A stretch of 64,000 nucleotides of DNA, from the NCBI RefSeq assembly GCF_018977255.1, contig NW_024704747.1, positions 19,654,001 through 19,718,000 on the forward strand, given 5' to 3'. Each line of letters opens with the position of its first letter. Position 1 is the stretch's first letter. Positions 39,851 to 51,193 of this stretch are shown here, in pieces. Below the pieces are notes generated by a model that searched no databases, was not told the DNA's origin, and saw nothing but the letters and a program-made list of their open reading frames with translations. The stretch comes from Callorhinchus milii. Taxonomy: Eukaryota. The position numbers and the translations under genes were made by a program.

Positions 39851-40061
39851 AATAATAATCCCTCCAAAAAAAAACAATAATAAATTGGTCATTTTCAATC
39901 TACGACTGTTTGTGGGACATTGCTGTGCGCAATTGGCTGCCGCGTTCGCCCACAAATATACAGTCAATTCACTTTACAGTGTCTTCTGTGAAGCGCTTTG
40001 GGACGTCCTCCCGACGTGAAAAGCGCTATATCAAATGCGAGGATTATTATTATTATTATTA
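39851..40061 (+). mobile_element. Young Deu-domain SINE, 3' half, immediately upstream of the SGO2 promoter
   Basis: ggtcattttcaatctacgactgtttgtgggacattgctgtgcgcaattggctgccgcg...(ATT)n. Confidence 0.85.
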
Positions 40062-40099
40062 TTTCTCAGAGACACAGTATCGCAGCAGCAAAAACGATG

Positions 40100-40527
40100 G
40101 AAGAGAAACCACGCCCAGCGCAGGATCGCCCCGCCCCCTCCCTGCCCGGCCCCGCCCACCCCGCTGTCACTCCCAACTGCGCGGGGCCCAGGGCATCAGG
40201 CACCGCTCCCCCATCACGTGGGAGGGGGGGGTCTCGCGGCCAATGGGAGACGGCCGCTGAGCTTCCGCCGGAAGCGCGACATTCAAATTTGTTCTGGGTT
40301 CCGAAGCGCGAGCGGCGCGAGCCGTCCAACTGCCGCCACCGGAGCCTCCAGAGCAACGGTAACCGACCGACCTCCCTCCCTCCCTCCCTCCCCGACAGCC
40401 TGATACAGGCCCGGGCCACCGGTAGGGAAGCCTTCAGCCCGCCCCGATATCCCCGGAGCTGACCCGACGTGAAGACCCAGCTCTGCCTGTGCTCTCCCCT
40501 CCCCCCCCCACACACGCAGCCCCCACC
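40100..40527 (+). promoter_or_regulatory. CpG-island promoter and probable non-coding exon 1 of SGO2
   Basis: Abrupt GC/CpG-rich stretch. GC boxes at ~40129-40157, E-box 40215-40220, CCAAT 40240-40244, paired ETS sites 40262-40273, reverse CHR TTCAAA 40282-40287. Candidate donors at 40359 and 40422. Confidence 0.8.
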
Positions 40528-40692
40528 NNNNNNNNNNNNNNNNNNNNNNNNNNNNNNNNNNNNNNNNNNNNNNNNNNNNNNNNNNNNNNNNNNNNNNNNN
40601 NNNNNNNNNNNNNNNNNNNNNNNNNNNNNNNNNNNNNNNNNNNNNNNNNNNNNNNNNNNNNNNNNNNNNNNNNNNNNNNNNNNNNNNNNNNN
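40528..40692. other. Assembly gap (165 N)
   Basis: Run of N. Confidence 1.
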
Positions 40693-41468
40693 ACACAGCC
40701 CCCCCACTCACACACACAGCCCCCCCACTCACACGCACAGCCCCCCCCACACGCACAGCCCCCACCACTCACACACACAGCCCCCACCACACACACACAG
40801 TCCCCCCCACACACACACACAGCCCCCACCACACACACACACAGCCCCCCCCACACACAGCCCCCCCCATTACACATACACACACACAGCTCTCCCCCAC
40901 AGACAGTCCCCCCACCACACACACACAGCCCCCACACACACAGCCCCCACACACACACACACACACACACAGCCCCCACCACACACACACACAGCCCCCA
41001 CCACACACATCCCCCACACACACACAGCCCCCACCACACACACACACAGCCCCCCCACACACAGCCCCCCCCATTACACATACACACACACAGCTCCCCC
41101 CACAGACAGTCCCCCCACCACACACACACAGCCCCCCTCCACACACACACACACGCCCCCCCCCCCCACATACACACAGCCCCCCCCATTACACATACAC
41201 ACACACAGCCCCCCCCACACACACACAGCCCCCCCATTACACATACACACACACAGCCCCGCCCCACACACACACAGCCCCCCCTCCACACACACACACA
41301 CACACAGCCCCGCCACACACACACAGCCCCCCCCCCATTACACATACACACACACAGCCCCGCCACACACACACACACAGCCCCCCCCACATTCACACAC
41401 ACACACAGCCCCCCACATACACACATTCAAACAGCCCCCACCCCCCCCCCCCACACACACATACACAG
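40693..41468. repeat. Compound (CA)n-AG-Cn simple/minisatellite repeat
   Basis: Units like cacacacagcccccc with a recurring variant attacacatacacacacagc; begins before the gap (~40500). Confidence 0.95.
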
Positions 41469-41588
41469 TGTAACTTGTTATCGTTATTATTCTGTGAGGC
41501 GCTTTGAGACGTCTCAACGACGTGATGAGACGCTGTGTCAAATGCAAGGTTATTATTGTTGTTACTGACGTGAGCTTTCACTTCCGAC

Positions 41589-41961
41589 AATAATAATAAT
41601 CCTCATATTTGATTATTAGCACTTTATCACTTCTTCGAGACTTCTCAAAGCGCTTCACAGAATATATTGTTAAGTGGTAGTGACTGTATGTTTTGCGGGT
41701 GAAACGCGGCAGTCAGTTGCTCAGAGCAGTGTCCCACAAACAGCCGTGGGTTGAGAAATCATGTTTTTTTTTCTTTCTGGATGGATCGTTACCCCCGGAA
41801 AAGCAATCCGCCAATCGATTAAGAACCGGATTCATACTTGGTGTTAGATAAACAAGCGTGCAGAGTAAGGAAACTTGCCCAACGGTTCGCCGCACCCGGG
41901 AATCGAACCCAGGTTCTCTCACTTGCGGGGCGAGTGCTCTAACTGAGCTACAGGACTCCGC
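41589..41961 (-). mobile_element. Near full-length tRNA-derived Deu-domain SINE
   Basis: Minus-strand A box TAGCTCAGTTAG (41939-41950), B box GGTTCGATTCC (41899-41909), Deu-like core and (ATT)n tail. Confidence 0.85.
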
Positions 41962-42317
41962 TGATGGACCCAACAACAAAAAAATTGCATTTAGGGGCGC
42001 CTTCCACTTTGGGAGGACGTACAAATGTTTTTCAAATGCTGAATCCAGCACAACGCAGGCAGCTCTGCGAGCTTACACTGAAGCTGGAGGAGGTTTCTTT
42101 TTTGAAATATAAATCTTAAATAAGATTAACATTGCATTTTCCAATGTATTTTTTGGTGTGAGCAAAAGGTTTGGGATAATTGAAAGAGGCTTGGTAAAAC
42201 CTTTGATTCTGCTTTTTTTTTGTAGGACAGAAGTATTCACTGTAGAATTTCCAGCTATTAAAATCTTTATTTTAAGGTGGTGTGCAAAGTGACAACGCTC
42301 AAAGTGCGAAAAGAACA

Positions 42318-45300
42318 ATGATGCCTACAACTACATCTGGCACCAACTTGGATGAGGTCTCTGTAAAGATGAAGGAAAGAAAGAATGGCATTTTAAAAAA
42401 GACAAAATACAATGCTTCCCTGGTATCCAAGATTAAAACCAAGATCCTAAGTAAGTGTGTTTCTATCCCTGCTGAGCTTTTGTTAATATTAGGCTTTACT
42501 TCTAGTATATTATGATCTGATTGTCACTCAGTCTTTTCTTTGCAAATGACAACAATAACAACAAAATTACATTTGTGTAGTGCCTTTCATGTTGGGAGGA
42601 TATCCCAAGGCGCTGGACAGACAGAGTTACGGACCCAACCTGAGGGTTGGGGCGGGTGGGGGGAAGCATGGAGATCAAAAGCACGGTCGAAGAGGAGGGT
42701 CTTGAAGGTGGCGAGGGAGGATATTATATATATATATATATGATATATATATATATATAATCATGGACCCCCCCCATGATTCAAATCTGGAATTGCTGAG
42801 GGGGCAAATTCCGATGACTGCTCACAGTACTCTACAGTTGCGTTCTTAGCTATTGACTTCTTAGAATAGTAATCATTTTTTTCTGAATCTTGATTCTTGA
42901 TAATCTTTTGTAGATGCTTCAAGGTTTAAATGTGATCTTTTCATTCCTGTAACTCAAATTCTGAATTATTTTCCTTACAGACAATTCCTCTATAATGAAG
43001 GTTTCGTTGAAAAATAATAACAAAGATTTGGCTTTGGCCCTTGCTGAAGAGAAGACAAAATATAGAAAAGCTGAACAAGATAAAATGAATCTTCAAAAAG
43101 AAATTAATGTTCAAAATTATGACATATCTATCCTCCGTCAAAAACTCAGCTCTCAGGTAATTGCTATAAATTTCAACTGGCTATTCACGTTTATTCAGAT
43201 TCAGAAAATAAATTGTAGTTTACTAAATTAGACTAGATTTTTAGCAGCAGTGACTTTATATTTAATGTGTGGTTAAATGCTGTCAGTATAATATCTTTCA
43301 TAAATTAACTGTTCTTCTTATTTTTGTTGTCTGAGAAATAGAATGCTAAAATTTGTGCTCTGAAAGAAATCTTGATGAAAACAAATAGCCTTTTTACGGA
43401 TGCTGCTAGCCACCTGACAACTGCTATCAATTCCTGCGTGGAGGACGTAAGGAACTTTCTTCACTTTATCTTTTTGAGATATTTAGCATTAACTGGAATT
43501 ATGCAGGTTTCTAACTACAGTAGTGCTATGTAATAGAGTGTTAGTTGAAGTCTATAAAATTCCATTCTGTTTTGAAATGCGTTAATGTAATGCACCAAAG
43601 ACTAAATGGCCTGTGTGAGCATCACAATCTTGTCCTTGTGTAATGTCAAGCACTCCTGTTATTTGGCTTCCAATCTCTACCGTAGTACAATCTACGAGTA
43701 AGTGATCTTAACTGGAGAATTTGACGTTTAATCGGTTTGTGTCTCTTCTTTGCATGTACTTTGTGCAGCTTGAAGAACGTTGCTGTTCAACGACATCATC
43801 CCAACGAATTAGCTACGACTTGGAAGTAATGTAAGATTAATGCTTTTATTTAATGTCTGATTTGAATCAAGTTGATATATTTATGCAAGATTTAAGAATA
43901 AAAATAAAAAATTCACATTTCTTCTTTAATTCATAAGTATTTAAACTTCATGCTGTTCCTTATCAGATTATGAGTTTATTTAAATTATACTATAGATGTG
44001 TTATACAGTGATCTGAAAAACTACAACATGAAAATAAATGTCAAATAGCTTTCCTTTTATCTAGAAATTCTGAAAATTATTAGGAGCTAGTTTTTTTAAG
44101 ATCTACATCAATGATTTCTGTAAATGAATAGAATGTGATTTTTTTTTCAGGTCCACTCACTGCTGGAGAAGTTTTTTTTATTCTTTATTTCAAACATTGC
44201 CTGAGGCAAAAATGAAGTGGGTAGTTTGATACTTGAATGGAATTAAATCCAGCTGCAATATGTTTTATGTAACTTGCCGACCTTGAATAATAAGCAAATA
44301 GTTTCAAGCACAATATTGGAATTTCCACTCTTGCCAGCTGGCGTGTAGGCAATCTTCCAGAATTGTGAACTTGACCCAAGCATCTTTTCAGAGCAACATT
44401 TTGGCCTTTATTTGTAGGATATAGGAAGAGGATAGTCATACTACGAGCAGGATGACATTTTCTACATTAAAAACTTCTCAAATTAACTTCTTCTCAAATG
44501 CCCCTGTGTATGTGAGCAGATGGATTACTTTTTGTTTATTTTTCTTTTCCCTTCCTCCTTATTTATCCCGGTGGTGAATGACTTCTTCAAACATTTGAAT
44601 TAGGTAATGTTCCCGTTAACACTGAAGAAAAGTGCTGAGAAAATTAAAAATAACTTTCTGCATGTAGAATAACACATAAAAGTCTTTAAGGACAAGTATG
44701 GAGCTTCACAATATCTATGATGAAAGAGATTAATCTGACGGTAACTGTTTTGATTACAGAGACGATGATATGCCACTTAGAGTTCCACTAAAGCTCACTA
44801 ATAAAGAAAGAATTTGGGCCACTGGGACTGAATCGTCGAAAAGAGTCGTAGAAATTCCAGGAGAGAGTACTGTATCTTCATCTGAAATATGGAAACGTCA
44901 ATCCAGCCAATCTGATGTCCATTATCATGAACGTGTTTCTTTAAGTGACTTAAATTTCATGGAGATAGAGCAAACTGAGCTTGGACAAACTGTTGGAGGT
45001 AAGTGCAGCTAAGAGAAAACAATTTTTCTTGGGTCTGATGTTGGCATTACTTCATTTTTGCTAATCATTATTTATATGATCATAATCGTTGCATTGATAT
45101 AACCCCTTTCATGTTGGGAGACTGTCTCAAATGGCTTTACAGAATTTACTGTGAAGTGTAACAACAGTTCACTCTAATGACAATATTTGATATGCAAATA
45201 TAAAATGTAAGTAACTATTGATGGCAAGTTTGAATTTGACAGTTTGTTAAGTAATCAGAATGTTATGGAATGTTATTTTTGTTAAAGCACTCCTTTTGTT

Positions 45301-48300
45301 TGATCAAAAAGTGGTGAAAATTCCACATTTCTCACATATCTACAAATTCTGTAAATTCTATCTGAGGATTTCTAGGTAAAGGAGAAATTCATTATTTTAT
45401 TTGCTCTTTTCTAAAAAATACATTTTCCTTTGTGCTGATCAGGGCCAATTAATCTTATGGATGCAATAGCTTTCCACTTATCACATTGTTGACTGCACCA
45501 AATATGTCCAAATGTCTCGTTATTTAACAGCAAAGTAAAGCAGCACCTGACACGTTTTAATGTCTGGTCTCAGTCGTCTGCCGCCCAAGATGTTACACTT
45601 ATGCACACTTATGCCAAAGATCATTTTAGTGCAGTCCCTTTGAGTTTCTTTCAGTGTTACTCAACCCTGGTGTAGAACACTCATGCATCCAATGCTAACG
45701 TGGTTGCATATACATGAATTATACTCTTTGTGGCATTTATTTCCAATATAAAGCATGATTGGAGCAAAACAAATTGAAACTGTAACTTAGATAATAAGAA
45801 ATAAATAGAAATTGCCTGAATTGAAGCCTGGAAGTCAACTCTTCAATTTTGAAGCTTCACTGTACCCATGTTTTAAAGTTTGTATTTTAACATCTCAATG
45901 TGCAACTAGATGGCAATGGAATTATTTTCTCCCTTACATAGAATTAATTTATACATGTTTTCTATGTGTATTTCAGAGACCATTTCAAATCCTCCAAGAC
46001 TTGCTCAAGAGGCTAGAACATCTACGAGAAGCAGTTTGCATATAGCATCAGCATCAATGGCTGAGCAAGTGGAAGAGGCACAAGTAATTGGAGCCGTGCT
46101 TTCAAGTGACAATGTTACCTTAAGAAAAACATCTTCATTCTCCCGGATGGAAGCATCTAAAAACTCTATTGAAATAATTAATAAAAGCATATCCCAGACA
46201 AGAGCATCTTTTTCACATTGTTCTGTGACCAAGGAGGTTTGTGATCAGTTTAGTAGAACCCAATTGGCTGAGGCACAAGCTGAGATACCTCCAATGCATT
46301 ATTCCAATCAGCTTTCTGATCTGAAATCAGAACAGAAACGTGGTGCGCAAATGCTGACTGAGAAATTACAACCAAATAAGTATGAAGAAACTGTCTTTGA
46401 TGCAGACATGGATCTAACTGCTAATGAAGTGGTAGATATTGTCGTCGTCGCAACTAAATCTACAAAAAGGAAAACTGAGGGAGTTGATGTGGAAATGACA
46501 GAAACATGCTCAGAGACTGCGGATGCACTGAGAAAAGTAAAATGTAAGAAGGCTAAGAAAAAGAATTGTGATAGTGCTAAGACGAAATTCCATACTGAAT
46601 CTCGGCGGAATAAAGGGAGAATAAGTTCCCAAACTAATTGTCCAGTGTTTGACAATGGATTTCTGGATGATTGTGAACAGATCCCTTTTGGTATTCAAAA
46701 GGATGACCTGCTGGATTGGAGGTTGCATGAAAATGAGTACAGTCATAAACAAAGTCAGATTTCAAATCCTTCAGAAAAAGACGTTTGTGATATGAAAAAA
46801 GTTGAGCAAACAACAGTTGTGCAGAATCCAATTGCACAGAAAGAAGTTGAAATGCAGTGTGAAATGGAAATAATTGATCATCTAGATGGTGTTTCCAATA
46901 ATTCAAAAGATAATCTGAAGAAAAGGGTTGATCGAAGGACATTTGTGGTGCTGAATGGAGATGATGTTACAGGAAGTTCATCTTGTGGAGAACAGTGTGA
47001 CATGGCAATGGATGAACATAAAGATGGTTTAGAAAAACACCATAGAACTGTAAGTGCTTCACAAGATAATAGCAATACAAAGAAAAAGGATGGTATTGTG
47101 TCTAAAGGACACAAAAGGATTAAAAATAGTTCATGTATTCCAATTTTAACAAAGAAAACTGAAAAGCAGTATGAAATGGAGGTAGCTCATCTAGTTAGTC
47201 TAGGAGAGAGCAATATTTTAGTTGATTCACACAATAATCTGAAGCAAACAGATAGCCGAAGGACTTTTGTGGTGCATGATGGACATATTGGTGTTGCCGG
47301 AATTTCATCCAGTGAAGAACTGCATAACGTGGCAGTGAATGAACATGTAGGAAGCCTAGAAGAGAACAATGCTTCACAACATAACATAAACTCGAAGAAA
47401 AAAGATGACCGGACAGTTACAGTGCCTAGAAGGTATAAGAATATTAAGAGTTTGTGTATTCCAATTTTGAAGCAGAAAGATGAATTGCATCATCATCTAG
47501 ATAGTCCAGAAGAGGGCAATGGTATTTCAAATGCTTGTCAACATATTCTGATAAGCAATGTTGCCCAAAGTTCTTCAGTCGATGAAGAACAACATGTCAC
47601 GCAGATCGCTGAAATGAGCAATAGGAATTCAAATGTTTCACAAGGTACTGCTAACGTGAGGGAGAGGTTTAGCCGAAGAACACATATAGTTCCTATAAAC
47701 AAAACCGATGATGGTATTGAGGGAAGCGTTGGCCGGAGAACATTTGTGGTAAACAAGAATACTATAGAAATTTCATCCAAATCAACTAACCAGGAGAAAG
47801 GTTGGGATCAGTGTGACATGGTAACAGCTCAACATCTAGATTGTCCACAAGAAGATAGTGGACCTACAAATGCACCCCAAGAAGACATTAATCGTAGTAA
47901 GAAAAGAACTGGCCAGAAAACAAATGTGATCCCTAATGTCTGTGTGAATATTAAAGAAGGTTCATCTAACCCAACTGCACATGTGAAAAGTACAGAACAA
48001 CATGAAACGGTAAACACTGAACACCTAGAAGATAATCGTGTGACTTCAAAAACTTCACAAGAAACGGCTGTTGGTATCAAAGAAAATGGCCACAGAATAT
48101 TTGTGACACACATAGTAAACAAGAATACTGAAGAAATATTACTTAAACGATTTAAACAGGAAAAAGATCAAGAGCAGTGTGAATTTGTGATAGCTGAACA
48201 TTTCAATAGTCCAAAAGCATTTAATAAAACTTTTAATGTTCCATGTGAAAACAGTAACCATACAAACGAAAAAACTGACCAAAGGATAATGGCATTCTGT

Positions 48301-51193
48301 GAGTCTACTGCACAAGGTTCTGTACGCTCAGTTAAATCACAGAAAAAATCAGCGCGCAATAAAGTGGTAAAGAATAAACCAGCTTTGTCTGAACAGAACA
48401 GACCTATAGAAAAAACCTGTATGAGAAACACTTTCACTGAATCAGTCATAAAGACAGAAATTCCTACTCCAGATTTCCCAATGAGACAGTGTCCAAGGAT
48501 TCCTGAGAGAAGCCTCCAGAGTCCAACTACCTCTGATGCAAGTAAGTGTTGTATATTTGCATACCATAATAATAACTTGAGTATATTTAATACTTCCCAT
48601 GAACAATAAATGGCTTTGAAGTGCCTGCACTAGCAGTATCCTATGGAGTAGCTTATTTGTTTGAATTTAGGGATATATTTGGATGGGGAGAGGAATACAG
48701 TATGACCAAAGAACTACATATTTTTGCACGTATATTTAACTTAGTATTTATTAAATATATTAAATATATTTAATAAATAAATAATTTAATAATAAATAAC
48801 AATAATGGCAATCCTTGCATTGGTAATGTGCCTTTCACGTCAGGAGGACATCTCAAAGCGCTTCACAGGATTTACTGTTTTGTGGGTGAAGATGGCAGCC
48901 AGTTTGTGCACAGCAATGTTTCACAAACAGCCGTGAGATGAATGACCAATGTTATTTGGGAGATTTGTTGACTAGGATACTGGAAGAAACTCCCTTCTCT
49001 TTTCTAAGTGCCATGATATCTTTAACGCCCATCTGAAGAACCAGACTGAACCTTAGTTCAGAATATTGACTGAACCTCCAACAATACAACACACCCCCAG
49101 CACTGCATTGGAGTGTCAGCTTAGACTATGTGATTTGAAGCCCTGACATGCCGCTTGAACTTGAGGCTTCTAACTCAGAGGCAAGATTGTTACTCCTGAG
49201 CCAGACTGATGCACATTTATATTATAAGTAGATGTTATTAAGGGACAGTGAAGTTAAATACATCAAGAATATTGTGTTGCACAATCCTCCAGATTCTGCA
49301 AAATTAATCATAGACTTGAGAAAAAGTTGCAAAGGACATATTTCCTTTAAATCCAGTTTTCTATCTTTCCATCATCTGTATTATGTTGCAGTTAATCATA
49401 AATGCCACTACAGTTTTAAACTTGTTGCATTCATACCTACAGCTGTATGAAATCCTCACTTCTATTCCTTCTGCAGGCATCAAAAATAGTAAAGCCCTAA
49501 CAGATGTGACCAATACAACTACTTGCAAACTCGATTGTCAGTTGAATCTTAATGACACAAAGCCAGCCCTCCTTACATGTTCACGGAGCAGACGTCAAGC
49601 TGCTTCTGTTGTCAGCTACAAAGAACCAAAACTCAACAAGTAAGTCGAGTTCTTGCAACTTCTCCTTTCCTCTCCAAAACTAAAATTTGGCCTGTGTGTT
49701 TAAAATTTGACTGACAACCAAATAATTCAGGTAAAAATTGTATTGGGAATTCAACTTTTTACCTGAATTAATTGGTCATCATTTCATTTCATCACATACA
49801 GATAACTTTAAAACCTTATGATGCACATACTTTTTTTTGACATTTCATCAGTTAATCCAAGAAGCGACTGGTACTGTGAATAAAACCTCTATTGGAATGA
49901 TGATACACATTAGTTAAGATCTCTGCCTTTAGCTGATCCTAAGTGAATTATTAAGCCAGTTCAAATGGGTTCAACGAGAATAACATTTTACTTCACAATG
50001 GGGGAAGAGGATGCTGCATCTTTAGGTTTAAGTCAGGGTTACATTTCCCAGCTATTCCCTCCCCCACCCCCTGCCACACACACCCCAAATCTTTGAAATT
50101 AGTCACATTAGTTATGTAACCAACTTAAAAAGTGAAAATTAGCAATAGACAAGAATTATTAAGCTCTGTTAAAATTGAACATATCTCACTCATCTTCACA
50201 AGCTTCTCATAAAATGTGGAATGCTCTTCAATAGATGTGGTGTCAGATGATCTCCCTACTGCACTTTGCTCACAGCCTTGTTCTGAGGCAGGCTCACTCT
50301 TTTTTTTCACACTACCAAAGCAGGTGACTTCTTTTGTTGTTTCAGAATCTTGACCAGTATTAGTGTTTTCCCCAGCTTGTATTCATGCTGCACATTTGTT
50401 TCAGTCAGTACACAACAAGTCCTTACTGCATACCCACACCTATGGTCAAGCATGCTGATTGTCTTTTTGTTGTCCAGCAGATGGGGCAACTGTATCACAT
50501 AGCAATACAAGCACCAGTTGATAATGTAGGTTTCTTTATATAGAAAAGTAATCTACAAGTGGTTAGGATACAGTTATAGACATCAGGTACATTATTGATG
50601 TTGGAATCTGGGCAATGTTGCAGTTACTTGTGTTTTAACAATTTAGAAGCAACGTCTAAACAAATTTAGCAAACTTCGAGGAACTACAGATCAGACATTA
50701 ATTATTCTTGACTGGTCTTCAACCTCAGTTAGGGTTTTCGGCTGTTACCCACATTGGGCTCCTGAGAAAATTATTTGATATATCTAACTTCTTTCAACTT
50801 GTTTTCCTTAATATTAATCCCACTTGTGTGACCTTGTCTGATGCATTTCTGTCATGTTAGTTTCAGCTGATTGTATTTCTATGAATTGCATGATCCTTGT
50901 GTACATTTGATAATTATTTTGTTTAGAACAGAATTTTTTTATTTCCAAAAGGGAAAATTTAACTGAGCTCTAATTTAACAAAAAATGATCTTGAAAAGCA
51001 TTATTTTAACTTGTAAAGTGTAAAAATATCTATAACAATGGCAATTTAATAATCTGCGATATTCAAATCTTTTTTTTGCAGTAAACTACGTCGAGGTGAT
51101 CAGTTTACAGACTCAGACTTTCTGAGATCCCCTGTGTTTAAACGTGGAAGAAAGAAAAGTAAATGTTCTAGTGCACCAAAAGTACACGATTAA
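42318..51193 (+). CDS. SGO2: Shugoshin 2, ~1184 aa
   Basis: Exons 42318-42450, 42981-43156, 43342-43446, 43769-43830, 44760-44998, 45977-48541, 49477-49639 and 51082-51193 join in phase (3555 nt). N-terminal coiled coil [46 protein letters not shown] motif, C-terminal SGO motif RRQAASVVSYKEPKLNNKLRRGD. The small internal exons and the exact start codon are less certain. Confidence 0.9.

Noticed and set aside
40066-41568. Long His/Thr/Pro-rich and Cys/Val/Gly-rich ORFs
   Set aside because: Artefacts of a stop-free simple repeat and an N gap.
41890-41961. tRNA-like sequence with A and B boxes
   Set aside because: It is the head of a SINE followed by SINE body and tail; no convincing full cloverleaf.
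45910-48609. 899-aa ORF as a single-exon gene
   Set aside because: It is the large internal SGO2 exon (45977-48541) with intronic read-through at both ends.
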